This document shows, piece by piece, positions 46,206 to 56,371 of a stretch of 64,000 nucleotides of DNA. The stretch's first letter is position 1. Each line of letters opens with the position of its first letter. The translations under genes and the position numbers were made by a program. The notes beneath the pieces are model-generated. The model was not told the DNA's origin and searched no databases. It saw only the letters and a list, made by a program, of their open reading frames with translations. The DNA comes from Candidatus Adlerbacteria bacterium. GTDB lineage: Bacteria; Patescibacteriota; Minisyncoccia; Phycocordibacterales; SBAW01. The DNA is taken from positions 94,986 to 158,985 of the forward strand of contig JARIGK010000002.1 in the NCBI GenBank assembly GCA_029288895.1, given 5' to 3'.

Positions 46206-47177
46206 CTATTGTACGCGCTCTTTTATAAATGCTTCGATAATTTCCTCTATCTCCTGTGCATTATGTGTCTCCATGAGCTTTATGCGGAGCTCTTTGGCGC
46301 CCGGAAAGCCCTCAGCATATGCTTTAAAGTGCTTTTTCATAAGCGCAAAGTTTTTGATGTCGCCGAGCATTGTTTCAAATAGCTTTGCATGCTCAACAGA
46401 TACACGCAGACGCTCTTCCACAGACGGGACTTGGTCTACAAACAGCCACGGGTTGCCAAAGATAGCGCGGCCCATCATAACGCCGTCAGCACCCGAGTAC
46501 GCCGCCTTTTCTTTCGCATCTTCCAAATTCTTTGCATCACCGTTGCCGAGAATAAGGGAGTCACTACCCAGCTCGTTGCGTATCTCAACCGCGCGTTTGA
46601 CTCTCTCCCATCGCGCAGGCACAAGCGACATTTCTTTGCGCGTGCGTGCATGTATCGTTACCGCAACTGGGTTTGTCGAAAGTATCTTAGGCAACCACTC
46701 TTCCAAGATGTCTTTGTTGTACCCAAGACGTGTTTTAACCGAGACAGGTAGGGTGGGCGCACCGCGCTTTGCAGCCTCAATAACTTGTACGGCCACGTCG
46801 GGCGTCGTGATCAGTTTTGCACCTGCACCTTGTTTTTCGATGCTACGGTCTGGGCAACCCATATTGATATCAATGCCGTCAAAGCCAAGCTCTTGTGCAA
46901 GTGCTGCGGCTTTTTCCATTGTTTCTGGATTGGATGTAAACAGCTGCGCAACAATGGGTCTCTCTTCCTCGCTAAACACTAAGTCGCGCATAAGCTTTTG
47001 CTTACCTTCTTCTGTTGCAAGAATCAAACCATCGGCCGAGACAAATTCGGTCCACAAGATATCTGGCTTGCCGTACTTGGCTATGAGTTTACGGAAGGCA
47101 GCGTCCGTGACGTTTGCCAAGGGCGCCAGCACGAAAAATGGTTTGGGTAGGTCTGCCCAGAAGCCTTTCATACTCAC
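46206..47177 (-). CDS. dus: tRNA-dihydrouridine synthase
   Basis: FFVLAPLANVTDAAFR, IDINMGCP, catalytic Cys and TIM-barrel Dus motifs (VTIHARTR, GNGDA). Confidence 0.9.
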   Translation of the reverse strand: MSMKGFWADLPKPFFVLAPLANVTDAAFRKLIAKYGKPDILWTEFVSADGLILATEEGKQKLMRDLVFSEEERPIVAQLFTSNPETMEKAAALAQELGFDGIDINMGCPDRSIEKQGAGAKLITTPDVAVQVIEAAKRGAPTLPVSVKTRLGYNKDILEEWLPKILSTNPVAVTIHARTRKEMSLVPARWERVKRAVEIRNELGSDSLILGNGDAKNLEDAKEKAAYSGADGVMMGRAIFGNPWLFVDQVPSVEERLRVSVEHAKLFETMLGDIKNFALMKKHFKAYAEGFPGAKELRIKLMETHNAQEIEEIIEAFIKERVQ

Positions 47178-47180
47178 ACC

Positions 47181-47984
47181 TTACTCGTTTTTAAGCTTGT
47201 AGTACACCTTGTCGCCAAAACGCAGGTCGATGTACTGGAAGTCGGACAACGGGTGCGAGGAAAATGGCGCGGAGGTGAGTGCGAGCGAGAAATTATTAAA
47301 TATGGTGCCCGTGTCGGCATCGAGCGGCAATATCAATTCATACCCGCTCGAGATTTTGAGATGCACGTCTTCGTTTTCATCAACGCCAACCTCACGCACG
47401 TGGTCGGACCCAAGTTTTTTCGAAAATGCATCAACAAGGGCCGCGAGCGTATGGAATTTTTCGGGCGTTAGAAATTGTTGCGGCAATGTATTGCCTCGCT
47501 GGCCGCTTACATACGTTGTATACACCTGGCCCGAATATTCGGGCGCATTCGCGTACGCCAAACCATCGGCATCCAAGAGCACACAGTGCGCGTCGTCGGC
47601 GAAACACCACAGCGCATATGGAGAGCGTTCTGTTACTTCGATTTGTATCGTATGGAAATCTTTGGCACCAACGCGCACGGTTTTAAGCGTTGGGTAGAGC
47701 GCCAACAAATCGCGGGTTATCTGGTCTTTGGGGTAGAAAAAGATGTCAGCTTTGGAGAAGAGGCCGATGTATTTCCCCAGAGTATCGTGGAGCGCGGCCG
47801 CTTCAATAGATGATGCAGGCACAACGTTGTTACCCGACACTTCGACATCGCGGATGAGCAAAAACGATGCATTCAAAAACCACCAGATACATAAAAACAG
47901 CACGAGCAAAAAACCCACCCCTATTCCTGCAAGAATAAGAATTCGTTTTCGCCTTCGTTGCTTGAGTGTCAGAGCCCGAGCCAC
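47181..47984 (-). CDS. ftsQ: Cell division protein FtsQ/DivIB (POTRA domain)
   Basis: Basic N-terminus, single TM, POTRA LIRDVEVSGNNVVPASSIEAAA, FtsQ beta domain. Confidence 0.7.
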   Translation of the reverse strand: MARALTLKQRRRKRILILAGIGVGFLLVLFLCIWWFLNASFLLIRDVEVSGNNVVPASSIEAAALHDTLGKYIGLFSKADIFFYPKDQITRDLLALYPTLKTVRVGAKDFHTIQIEVTERSPYALWCFADDAHCVLLDADGLAYANAPEYSGQVYTTYVSGQRGNTLPQQFLTPEKFHTLAALVDAFSKKLGSDHVREVGVDENEDVHLKISSGYELILPLDADTGTIFNNFSLALTSAPFSSHPLSDFQYIDLRFGDKVYYKLKNE

Positions 47985-47998
47985 TATTTCAGTGTACC

Positions 47999-49270
47999 CT
48001 ACTTCTTCTCTATCTTTTCGCGGCCGCCCATGTACGGACGGAGGGCTTCGGGGATGGTGATGGAGCCGTCTTCGTTTTGGTTGTTTTCGATGATGGAGAT
48101 AAAGATGCGCGGAGTTGCGAGTGCAGTGTTGTTAAGCGAGTGCGCGTGCTGCATGGCACCTTCGTCGTCTCGGTAGCGGATGTTCAAACGGCGAGTTTGG
48201 AAGTCGTGGAAGTACGACGACGAGTGTGTCTCGCGGTAGCGGTTTTCGGACGGCACCCACGATTCGATGTCGTATTTCTTTACTTGCCCTAACCCCAAGT
48301 CGCCGCCACAGTTAACGACAACATGGTATGGGATGTTCAGCGCCTGGAGCAGATCTTCGGCATTCTTGGTGAGCTCCTCGTGGAGGCGCACCGACTCTTC
48401 GTGTGACGCTTCCGAGAGCACCACTTGTTCAAACTTAAAGAATTCATGCACGCGCATAAGGCCCTTGGTGTCTTTGCCATGACTGCCCGCTTCGCGGCGG
48501 AAGCATGGCGAGAATGACATAAACTTCAGCGGCAATTCTTTTTTATCAAGCACTTCGCTCATGTAGTAGGCCATCGTTGCAACTTCTGCAGTGCCTGCCA
48601 AGAAATCATCATCCTGCGTTTTGTACAAATCTTCTTCGCCCTGGGGCAAGTAGCCAGTGCCCAAGAATGCAACACGTTTTACCAACGATGGCACGATCAT
48701 CGGCGTAAAGCCGCCTTTTTTAACAAAGTGGTCGAGCACAAACTGCCACACGGCAAAGTTCAACAACGCACCATCGCCTTTTAAAACATAGCCGCGGAAG
48801 CCGGCAACTTTCGTGCCGCGCTCAAAATCAGCCATATCTAAATTCTGCATCAATTCGACATGAGATTTGGGCGTGAAGGAAAAGTTCGACGGCGTGCCCC
48901 ACGTACGCACTTCGACGTTGTCTGCGTCCGAGGCGCCTTCTGGCACCGAGAGGTCCGGGATGTTTGGCACCTGCACCATGAGGGCCTGCCATTCATGTTC
49001 GACAGTTTTGAGTTCTTCTTCGCCCTTGGCCATTTCTTCCTTTACCTGCTTCATATCTGCAAGTAGAGCCTCTTTTTCTTCGGGCGAGGCAGAGACAATT
49101 TTTGCATTTGCTGCATTCTGTTTTGCGCGCAACGTTTCCGTCTCTGTGAGCAATTCGCGGCGGCGTGCGTCTACGGCCAAGAGCTTGTCCAAATCGACAT
49201 CAATATGCTTTTTCTTCGCACCCGCTTTTACCGCATCGATATTTTCGCGGATGAATTTTATATCCAACAT
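47999..49270 (-). CDS. serS: Serine--tRNA ligase
   Basis: N-terminal coiled-coil arm, class II aaRS motifs (FRRE, GSHGKDTKGLMRVHEF, GDLGLGQ); start MLDIKFIREN at 49270. Confidence 0.9.
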   Translation of the reverse strand: MLDIKFIRENIDAVKAGAKKKHIDVDLDKLLAVDARRRELLTETETLRAKQNAANAKIVSASPEEKEALLADMKQVKEEMAKGEEELKTVEHEWQALMVQVPNIPDLSVPEGASDADNVEVRTWGTPSNFSFTPKSHVELMQNLDMADFERGTKVAGFRGYVLKGDGALLNFAVWQFVLDHFVKKGGFTPMIVPSLVKRVAFLGTGYLPQGEEDLYKTQDDDFLAGTAEVATMAYYMSEVLDKKELPLKFMSFSPCFRREAGSHGKDTKGLMRVHEFFKFEQVVLSEASHEESVRLHEELTKNAEDLLQALNIPYHVVVNCGGDLGLGQVKKYDIESWVPSENRYRETHSSSYFHDFQTRRLNIRYRDDEGAMQHAHSLNNTALATPRIFISIIENNQNEDGSITIPEALRPYMGGREKIEKK

Positions 49271-49300
49271 ATAGCCAGTTTTATACTTACAAATAGTACA

Positions 49301-50164
49301 ATGCGCTTCCCTATACGACAACTAACCCACAAAGAGTTCCCGAGGCTCCTCAAAGAGATCCCCGACCCGCCAAAACACCTCTATATACGAGGCGAGCTAC
49401 CCTCGGACGACACTATATATCTATGTGTCGTGGGTTCGCGCTCGTGCACATCGTACGGGCGGCGCATGGTGCGTAAACTAATCGCAGGGTTGGCACAGTA
49501 CAAGGTCGCAATTGTCTCGGGGTTGGCCTTGGGTATGGATTCGGAGGCACACAGGGCCGCACTTGATGTCGGCTTACCCACTGTGGCTGTGTTGCCATCG
49601 TCCTTAGACGACGCATCGCTCTACCCGTCGACCAACGTGCCGCTCGCGCACACCATACTTACAAAGGGCGGCGCGCTCATTTCTGAAAACGAGGCGCCGT
49701 TTATTGCGATGCTGCACTCCTTCCCACAACGCAACCGCATTGCCGCAGGGATGTCGAAAGTTACACTTATTGTAGAAGCTGGCGAAAAGTCGGGCACGCT
49801 CATAACTGCACGCCTCGCACTCGACTACAACCGCGAAGTGCTCGCCATCCCACACGAGCTTGAAAGACCCACGGGCGTCGGTATCAATCGCTTGCTCCGG
49901 GAGGGCGCAACGCTGGTGCGTGACTCACGCGATATCGCACAGGCACTGGGTTTAAAAACAGACGACATACCCGTACAAGCCACACTCCCTGTAGACCTCA
50001 CAGAGCACGAATCCGCCATACTCACTCTATTAATAGAGCCGCTTGCTGCAGACGAATTAATTGAGCAATCAAATCTTTTGGCGCATGAAGTAAACATCGT
50101 GCTTTCGTCATTGCTCATCCGTGGGCTGATAACAGAGCGGTTAGGAAAAATTGAACGTGTATGA
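49301..50164 (+). CDS. dprA: DNA processing protein A (Smf)
   Basis: Rossmann-like DprA domain (VVGSRSCTSYGRRM...VSGLALGMDSEAHRAAL...LIVEAGEKSGTLITARLALDYNREV) and C-terminal winged-helix. Confidence 0.85.
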   Translation: MRFPIRQLTHKEFPRLLKEIPDPPKHLYIRGELPSDDTIYLCVVGSRSCTSYGRRMVRKLIAGLAQYKVAIVSGLALGMDSEAHRAALDVGLPTVAVLPSSLDDASLYPSTNVPLAHTILTKGGALISENEAPFIAMLHSFPQRNRIAAGMSKVTLIVEAGEKSGTLITARLALDYNREVLAIPHELERPTGVGINRLLREGATLVRDSRDIAQALGLKTDDIPVQATLPVDLTEHESAILTLLIEPLAADELIEQSNLLAHEVNIVLSSLLIRGLITERLGKIERV

Positions 50165-50177
50165 TAGAACAACTGGC

Positions 50178-52520
50178 ATGAAGCTCGTCATTGTGGAAAG
50201 CCCCGCAAAGGCAAAGACGATCGAAAAATATTTAGGCGACGTCGGCGACGGCGATTTTGTTGTGCGCGCATCCGTCGGCCATGTGCGCGATTTGCCTAAG
50301 AGCAACAAGAAGGCAATTGATATCGACGCGGGCTTCGTCCCCCACTACGAAGTGGTGCCTGCCAAGGTGGAAGTCATCCATGATTTGAAAACACTCGCGA
50401 AGAAGGCGAGCAAGGTCATCCTCGCAACCGACCCCGACCGCGAAGGCGAAGCGATTGCCTGGCACATCCAGGATGAGCTTGGGTTGAAAAAACCAGAACG
50501 CATCGTCTTCCACGAAATCACCAAAGAAGCTATCAAAGAAGCCGTGGAGCACCCGCGTCTTATAGATGAGAACCTCCGCCAGGCGCAAGAAGCGCGCCGC
50601 GTGCTCGACCGCCTTGTAGGCTACGACCTCTCGGGCCTTATCTGGAAAAAGGTGCGTTACGGCCTTTCGGCTGGCCGCGTGCAGAGCCCAGCGCTTCGCA
50701 TTGTGATGGAACGCGAGCGCGAGATCCGCGCCTTCGTGCCCCAGACGTTCTACGTTGTCTCGGCAGATACAGAAACAAAAAAGAAAGAGGGTTTGACGCT
50801 CGTAGCAAACCGCGACTTGGGCGATAAAAAACATGCGGACGAACTTATTGCGCTTGTTACAAAAGAGGGTCTGACTGTTGCGGGCGTCACCGAGACCGAA
50901 GCAAAGCGCTCGACCCGCGCACCATTTACGACATCAACGCTGCAGCAGACGGCGAGCTCGCGCCTTGGCTTTTCGCCGGCAAACACGATGCGCATTGCGC
51001 AGAAATTGTACGAAGCGGGCCACATTACCTATATGCGTACCGACTCGACCAACCTAGGCAAGCCAGCACAAGCTGCCATCCTTGCGCATGTCGAGAAAAA
51101 GTACGGAGCAAACTACGTGCAGCCTCGCGTGTTTACGACCAAGTCGAAGAATGCGCAGGAAGCACACGAAGCTATCCGCCCAACAAACGTGGGCAAAGAG
51201 TCGCTTGGTTCAACCCCGGAGCAGAAAAAGCTCTACGAATTGATTTGGGCGCGCACGGTTGCCTCGCAGATGGCAGATGCAAAAATCTTGCGCACCAAAG
51301 TTATTGCAAAAACAAAGACGGAAGTTATTGCGTACGAGAAGGCACACGTCGAATCGCACACCGGAGATGATGATACGCAAGATAAAGAAGACACATCGGA
51401 TTTTGTAACGTACGACCTCACCTTTGGTGAAAAAGAAAAGAAGGATGCGGTAGATTTCTTCTTCCAGGCAAACGGCTCGCGCGTTTTGTTCGACGGCTGG
51501 CTCCGCGCAGACCCGGCAGCGCGCGGCGAAGATGTCGAATTGCCAGAAGTAAAAGAAGGCGAGGCATTGTCTGTGAAAGAGACGCACCTGGAAGAAAAGC
51601 AGACCACCCCACCCCAGCGCTACACAGAAGCGGGCCTTATTAAAGAGCTCGAAAAGCGCGGCATCGGCCGCCCGTCGACGTACGCATCCATCATGCGCAC
51701 ACTCGAAGAACGCGGCTACGTCACCAAAGAAGGCCGCTCATTGGTGCCCACAGACACAGGCGACGTTGTATCGACCTTCCTCGAAGACAACTTCCCTACG
51801 TATATCAGCGATACCTTTACGGCCGAGATGGAAGACGAGCTCGACGATATTGCCCAAGGCAAGCGCGAATATGCAAAGACGCTCAAAGATTTTTACACGC
51901 CGTTCTTAAAAGAAGTAAAAATAAAAGACAAAGAAGCCGGCAAGCTTACGGACTTGGGGCCAGCACCGCAGGAATTTACCTGCCCCGTGTGTGGTTCGCC
52001 AATGGTCTACAAACTTTCGCGCCAAGGCAAATTTATGAGCTGCGCGCGCTTCCCCGACTGCGTGGGTGCACGCACAGAAACAGGCGAAGTTATTTCAAAC
52101 GACCCCGCAAAACCAATCGGCAACCATCCAGAAACTGGCGAGCCAATCTACGTGCTCTCGGGGCGCTTTGGGCCGTATGTGCAGTTGGGCGAAATGCCAA
52201 CCGGCAAAGGCTCGACCAAAAAAGCAAAACCAAAACGTGCATCGATTCCAAAAGAAGTTGACCCAGCTACTGTCACGGTAGAACTAGCAGCGCACTACTT
52301 GGCATTGCCGCGTAAATTGGGCGTGCACCCAGACACCGGCATGGATATTGTTACCAACGTCGGCCGCTTTGGCCCCTACATCGCACACAACACCAAACCT
52401 AAAGCTGACTTCCGTTCGCTCAAAACCGACAACCCGTACGACATCACGTTTGAACGCGCCTTGGAAATCCTCAAAGAAGAAAAGAAACGTCGCGGCTTCG
52501 CAAAGAAAAAGTCTGAATAA
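50178..52520 (+). CDS. topA: DNA topoisomerase I
   Basis: TOPRIM MKLVIVESPAKAKTIEKYLG, active-site Tyr region (GHITYMRTDS), C-terminal C4 zinc ribbons (CPVCGSPM...C..C). Confidence 0.95.
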   Translation: MKLVIVESPAKAKTIEKYLGDVGDGDFVVRASVGHVRDLPKSNKKAIDIDAGFVPHYEVVPAKVEVIHDLKTLAKKASKVILATDPDREGEAIAWHIQDELGLKKPERIVFHEITKEAIKEAVEHPRLIDENLRQAQEARRVLDRLVGYDLSGLIWKKVRYGLSAGRVQSPALRIVMEREREIRAFVPQTFYVVSADTETKKKEGLTLVANRDLGDKKHADELIALVTKEGLTVAGVTETEAKRSTRAPFTTSTLQQTASSRLGFSPANTMRIAQKLYEAGHITYMRTDSTNLGKPAQAAILAHVEKKYGANYVQPRVFTTKSKNAQEAHEAIRPTNVGKESLGSTPEQKKLYELIWARTVASQMADAKILRTKVIAKTKTEVIAYEKAHVESHTGDDDTQDKEDTSDFVTYDLTFGEKEKKDAVDFFFQANGSRVLFDGWLRADPAARGEDVELPEVKEGEALSVKETHLEEKQTTPPQRYTEAGLIKELEKRGIGRPSTYASIMRTLEERGYVTKEGRSLVPTDTGDVVSTFLEDNFPTYISDTFTAEMEDELDDIAQGKREYAKTLKDFYTPFLKEVKIKDKEAGKLTDLGPAPQEFTCPVCGSPMVYKLSRQGKFMSCARFPDCVGARTETGEVISNDPAKPIGNHPETGEPIYVLSGRFGPYVQLGEMPTGKGSTKKAKPKRASIPKEVDPATVTVELAAHYLALPRKLGVHPDTGMDIVTNVGRFGPYIAHNTKPKADFRSLKTDNPYDITFERALEILKEEKKRRGFAKKKSE

Positions 52521-52523
52521 AAA

Positions 52524-52557
52524 AAACCCTGGATTTTCATCCAAGGGTTATCACAAG
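52524..52557. terminator. Bidirectional terminator between topA and a small minus-strand gene
   Basis: ccctgga-ttttca-tccaaggg hairpin flanked by A7 (plus) / T7 on the minus strand. Confidence 0.6.
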
Positions 52558-52567
52558 CGGCACTGCA

Positions 52568-52786
52568 TCAGTCTTTGACGCACTGTAACTCATCGCGCTT
52601 GTCGCTATTGCTGTGCACGACGACGTAGCAGGTCGTCTTCTGCGCTTCATTGCGAACAGCAACGAACGTAACTTTCCCACTGCCGATGTTCGTGAATCGG
52701 GCAGGCAAACCCTCTTGCGGCTGCTGTGCATGGGCGGAACAGACCGCACTTAAAGCGAGGGCGATAAACAGAACAAATGTGCGCAC
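52568..52786 (-). CDS. Small secreted protein
   Basis: 72 aa; signal peptide MRTFVLFIALALSAVCSAHA; two Cys. Confidence 0.4.
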   Translation of the reverse strand: MRTFVLFIALALSAVCSAHAQQPQEGLPARFTNIGSGKVTFVAVRNEAQKTTCYVVVHSNSDKRDELQCVKD

Positions 52787-52891
52787 GGTATAGCTCCTTC
52801 TAAGGCTCGAACGGAATGTCCAAAGCTGTTGAGCAAATTACATCACAAATATTTAATGGTCAATAAATTCTAAAATTGCTACACTGGCTAC

Positions 52892-54463
52892 ATGCCAGAG
52901 GTGAAAGACATAATAAACCTCATGAATGGGCCGTCGAAGGACGACCAGGCTTTGGTAGAGAAAGCGTACAACTTTGCGAAAGAAGCTCATAAAGACCACA
53001 AACGATTCTCGGGTAAGCCATACTTTATCCACCTCGTGGAGACTGCTAAAGGCTTGGCCAAACTAGGCATGAGCGCTCGGGTTGTTGCTGCAGGCCTCCT
53101 CCACGACTCCATTGAAGACGTCGGCGTAAAACCCGAAACAATCGAGCGCGAATTTGATAAAGAAGTCCGCTTCCTTGTCGAGGGCGTGACAAAACTCGGC
53201 CAATTTAAATACAGCGGCGCGGAACGTCATCGTGAAAGTTTGCGCAAATTGCTTGTGGCAACAGGCCAAGACGCACGCGTTTTGATCATTAAGTTGATGG
53301 ACCGTTTGCACAATATGCGCACGCTCCAGCACGTGCCGCCCGAAAAGCAAAAGCGCATCGCACTTGAGACGCTCGAAATTTACGCTGCTATCGCCCACCG
53401 CTTGGGTATGGGCTTGGTGCGCCGCGAATTGGAAGACTTGGCGTTTAAATATGCCTACCCGGAAGACTATGCCGAGGCGAAGAAGCTCTTGAGCGAACGC
53501 GCACAAGAAACAGAAGATCGCTTGGAAAAAATGTCGCGCGCGCTTAAAACTGAACTTGCCAAGAACGGCATCCGCAATTTCCATGTGGAACAGCGCGTCA
53601 AAGGCCTATGGAGTTTGTGGCAAAAACTGCAGCGCAAAGGCGGCGATATCGAAAACGTCTTTGACGTGGCGGCGTTACGCGTGATTGTGCCGGACGTTGC
53701 CGAGTGCTACCGCGTGCTTGGGCTGGTACACAACCTGTGGCAGCCGCTGCCAAACAAAATTAAAGACTATATCGCCTTCCCTAAGCCAAACGGCTATCAA
53801 GGGCTGCACACGACGATCTTCTCGGGCGATGGCGGCATTGTCGAAATACAGATCCGCACGGAAGACATGCACCAAGAGGCACAGTTCGGCATCGCAGCGC
53901 ACGTCATGTACAAAGAAAATACGGCGCCTGACGGGAAGTCGGGTGCACAGCGCCGCCGTGGCACATCAAGCTTTGACTGGATACGCAGTTTGATGCCGCG
54001 CCTCAAACGCCCATCGCCGCGCCAAGCATCGGATACAACACAGGAGCCCGAAGTGCGCACGCGTGCACGCTATGGCGCACCAGAGACGCCGACCTGGCTT
54101 GCCGAACTCGACGACGAGGTATCAGACCCAGACTTTGAAACAACGCTGCGCACCGACATCTTTACGCATCGCGTGTTTGCCTTTACCCCAAAGGGCGATG
54201 TGGTGGACCTGCCGCTTAATTCAAGCCCGATAGACTTTGCCTATGCCATCCACTCTGACATCGGCGACCACGTCGCTGGCGCCAAAGTAAACGGCAATAT
54301 GGCGCCGCTCGACACCGTGCTCCACAACGGCGACATTGTCGAAATCCAAACCAAAAAGAATGCAAAGCCGTCTAAAAAATGGCTCGACTTCGCCAAGACC
54401 ACTTTGGCCCGCCGCCACATCCGCCACGCACTGGAAGGCAGCCAGCCTAATTCACAAAAATAG
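52892..54463 (+). CDS. rel: (p)ppGpp synthetase/hydrolase of the RelA/SpoT family, short form
   Basis: HD hydrolase domain (HDSIEDV), synthetase domain (RVKGLWSLWQKLQRKG, ALRVIVPD...GYQGLHT), TGS domain; 523 aa without ACT region. Confidence 0.9.
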   Translation: MPEVKDIINLMNGPSKDDQALVEKAYNFAKEAHKDHKRFSGKPYFIHLVETAKGLAKLGMSARVVAAGLLHDSIEDVGVKPETIEREFDKEVRFLVEGVTKLGQFKYSGAERHRESLRKLLVATGQDARVLIIKLMDRLHNMRTLQHVPPEKQKRIALETLEIYAAIAHRLGMGLVRRELEDLAFKYAYPEDYAEAKKLLSERAQETEDRLEKMSRALKTELAKNGIRNFHVEQRVKGLWSLWQKLQRKGGDIENVFDVAALRVIVPDVAECYRVLGLVHNLWQPLPNKIKDYIAFPKPNGYQGLHTTIFSGDGGIVEIQIRTEDMHQEAQFGIAAHVMYKENTAPDGKSGAQRRRGTSSFDWIRSLMPRLKRPSPRQASDTTQEPEVRTRARYGAPETPTWLAELDDEVSDPDFETTLRTDIFTHRVFAFTPKGDVVDLPLNSSPIDFAYAIHSDIGDHVAGAKVNGNMAPLDTVLHNGDIVEIQTKKNAKPSKKWLDFAKTTLARRHIRHALEGSQPNSQK

Positions 54464-55069
54464 TTAGCCCAAATGCGCGTGATCGTTCCAGGTGAGCAGT
54501 TTCCACGCACCATCATATTCGAGTACCGTTATACCTGTGTTTGAAGTCATTATATTGTTCATTGCGCGCTCTTCCTGCTCCCACGTTGCTGAATCACCAA
54601 ACAAAACAGCAAGCACCATATGGCGCAAGAAGCGTCCGTGAGTTACAACAACGATAGAATCTTCGGGCTGCTCTGCAATATATGCGAGTGCCTGTTTTGC
54701 ACGCGCATGTAGCATCGCCGGGGTTTCTTCATCTTCGTACTGCCAATCGCGATTGCGCTTAACTAGATAGTCTTGAACAATTTCTTCTTTGTACTGAATT
54801 CCAATAAAAGAGGTTGGATATTTAGCTTCTGCAAATAAAGGAGAGAAGCGCGGTTCGTGCCCTGTGCGTTCTGCAATCTTTTCTGCAGTTTGCTTTGCAC
54901 GAAGCATATCGCTCGAAAGCAAAAGATCGAATTGAACACGCGTAAGGCGGTCTGCAATCATTCCTGCTTGCTCTATGCCCTTTTCAGCCAACGCATCAGC
55001 GCCGTCTTGCACGCGGCTTTCTATATTAAATTTGGTCAGCCCGTGCCGGACAAAATAAACTTTTTTCAT
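54464..55069 (-). CDS. Histidine phosphatase family protein (phosphoglycerate mutase-like)
   Basis: Catalytic RHG (YFVRHGLT), second His in VVVTHGRF. Confidence 0.8.
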   Translation of the reverse strand: MKKVYFVRHGLTKFNIESRVQDGADALAEKGIEQAGMIADRLTRVQFDLLLSSDMLRAKQTAEKIAERTGHEPRFSPLFAEAKYPTSFIGIQYKEEIVQDYLVKRNRDWQYEDEETPAMLHARAKQALAYIAEQPEDSIVVVTHGRFLRHMVLAVLFGDSATWEQEERAMNNIMTSNTGITVLEYDGAWKLLTWNDHAHLG

Positions 55070-56175
55070 AGAGAGAAGTTGCTTGGGTCGAAGCTGTTTT
55101 CGTCAGCTTCTTTTTCTTCTTTACTGCGATCGTCCAAAATTTCTGCCGGTTTTTCGTCAGGTACTACTTCTGCAGGGGTTACTGCTTCTGTAGCAGGAAT
55201 AAGCTCGGTCGAAACGTTGGGTGACGAAGGCGAAATATCGGCTGTAGGGGGTTTGCTGAGCGACGGCGAAGCAACTTCAGCTGATTCGGCAGCAGTCGAA
55301 TCAGCGTACCCGGAGGACGATGATTTCGCCGTAGTTTTGCCCTGTGCGATGCGGCTTGCGAGAGCGGCGAAGAGAACGCGAAGGTCATCTTCGCTCATAA
55401 AGTCTATAGAAAGTTTGCCGCCGTGTTCTTTTGGCTCGATTGCCACGCGAGTACCAAGCGCCTGCGTCAATTCGCTTTCCATCTCCAAAATCTCGGGCGA
55501 ATAGATATATTCTTTCTTGCGCACGCGGTCAAACGCGATGCGGCGCGCGATCGACTCCGTGTCGCGCACTGTGAGGCGCTTGAGCATGATCTCGCGGAAG
55601 AGCACGCCCTGCTCTTGCGGCCTGTCTGCAAGCATCAAGAGCGGGCGTGTGTGGCCTTCGGCGATTTTGCCGTCTGCCAACGCGTCCTGCATGTCTTTGG
55701 GCAACATCAAAAGGCGCAACGTGTTCGAAACATACTCGCGGCTCTTGCCCACTTTTTGTGCAACTTCTATATGCTTAAATCCGAACTCGTTTACCAAGCG
55801 GGCAAACGCATGCGCGCGGTCCATTGGGTTTAGGTCTTCGCGCTGGAGGTTTTCGATGATAGCGACTTCTAGCTTTGTTTTGTCGTCATCGTAGTCGGCG
55901 CGGATAATAACCGGCACTTGCGCGACGCCCGCCAAGCGCGACGCGCGCAAACGGCGCTCGCCCGCTATCAATTCATATTCGGTACCAATACCGCCGTCGG
56001 ATTTCTCGAATTCTTTGCGCGTAACGGTCAGCGGCTGGATGACACCGTACTGGCGGATGGACTTTGCCAAGTCCTCGAGCTTGGCTTGGTCGAACTCGCG
56101 GCGGGGTTGGTACGGGTTTGGCTTAATTTTGTCGACTTCGACCCAGAAGATAGCGTTGTTGAAAAATTCTGACAT
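55066..56175 (-). CDS. parB: ParB/Spo0J-like partition protein with low-complexity Ser/Pro/acidic C-terminal tail
   Basis: ParB box (GVIQPLTVTR, ELIAGERRLRASRLAG), HTH; start trimmed to MSEFFNNAIF at 56175 because the longer ORF runs through tRNA-Leu. Confidence 0.85.
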   Translation of the reverse strand: MSEFFNNAIFWVEVDKIKPNPYQPRREFDQAKLEDLAKSIRQYGVIQPLTVTRKEFEKSDGGIGTEYELIAGERRLRASRLAGVAQVPVIIRADYDDDKTKLEVAIIENLQREDLNPMDRAHAFARLVNEFGFKHIEVAQKVGKSREYVSNTLRLLMLPKDMQDALADGKIAEGHTRPLLMLADRPQEQGVLFREIMLKRLTVRDTESIARRIAFDRVRKKEYIYSPEILEMESELTQALGTRVAIEPKEHGGKLSIDFMSEDDLRVLFAALASRIAQGKTTAKSSSSGYADSTAAESAEVASPSLSKPPTADISPSSPNVSTELIPATEAVTPAEVVPDEKPAEILDDRSKEEKEADENSFDPSNFSL

Positions 56176-56220
56176 TGACGATATTCTAGCATAGCTAGAC
56201 AAACGTTCGAAAAATCGTAA

Positions 56221-56301
56221 GCCGGAGTGGCGTAATGGTAGCCGCGCACGACTCAAAATCGTGTCCCGCAAGGGGTGAGAGTTCGAGTCTCTCCTCCGGC
56301 A
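56221..56301 (+). tRNA. tRNA-Leu (anticodon CAA), type II with long variable arm
   Basis: Acceptor GCCGGAG/CTCCGGC, anticodon loop CTCAAAA, variable arm TCCCGCAAGGGGTGAGA, T-arm GAGAG-TTCGAGT-CTCTC, discriminator A. Confidence 0.85.
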
Positions 56302-56371
56302 CAAAGTTTCCTGTAGCCTATTTTTATAGTAAGGTCTCCCTAGTTGAACATTTAACCCAAGGAGACGTCCG

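Noticed and set aside
46273-47202. 309-aa plus-strand ORF
   Set aside because: Antisense to the well-supported dus gene; Ser-rich low-complexity translation.
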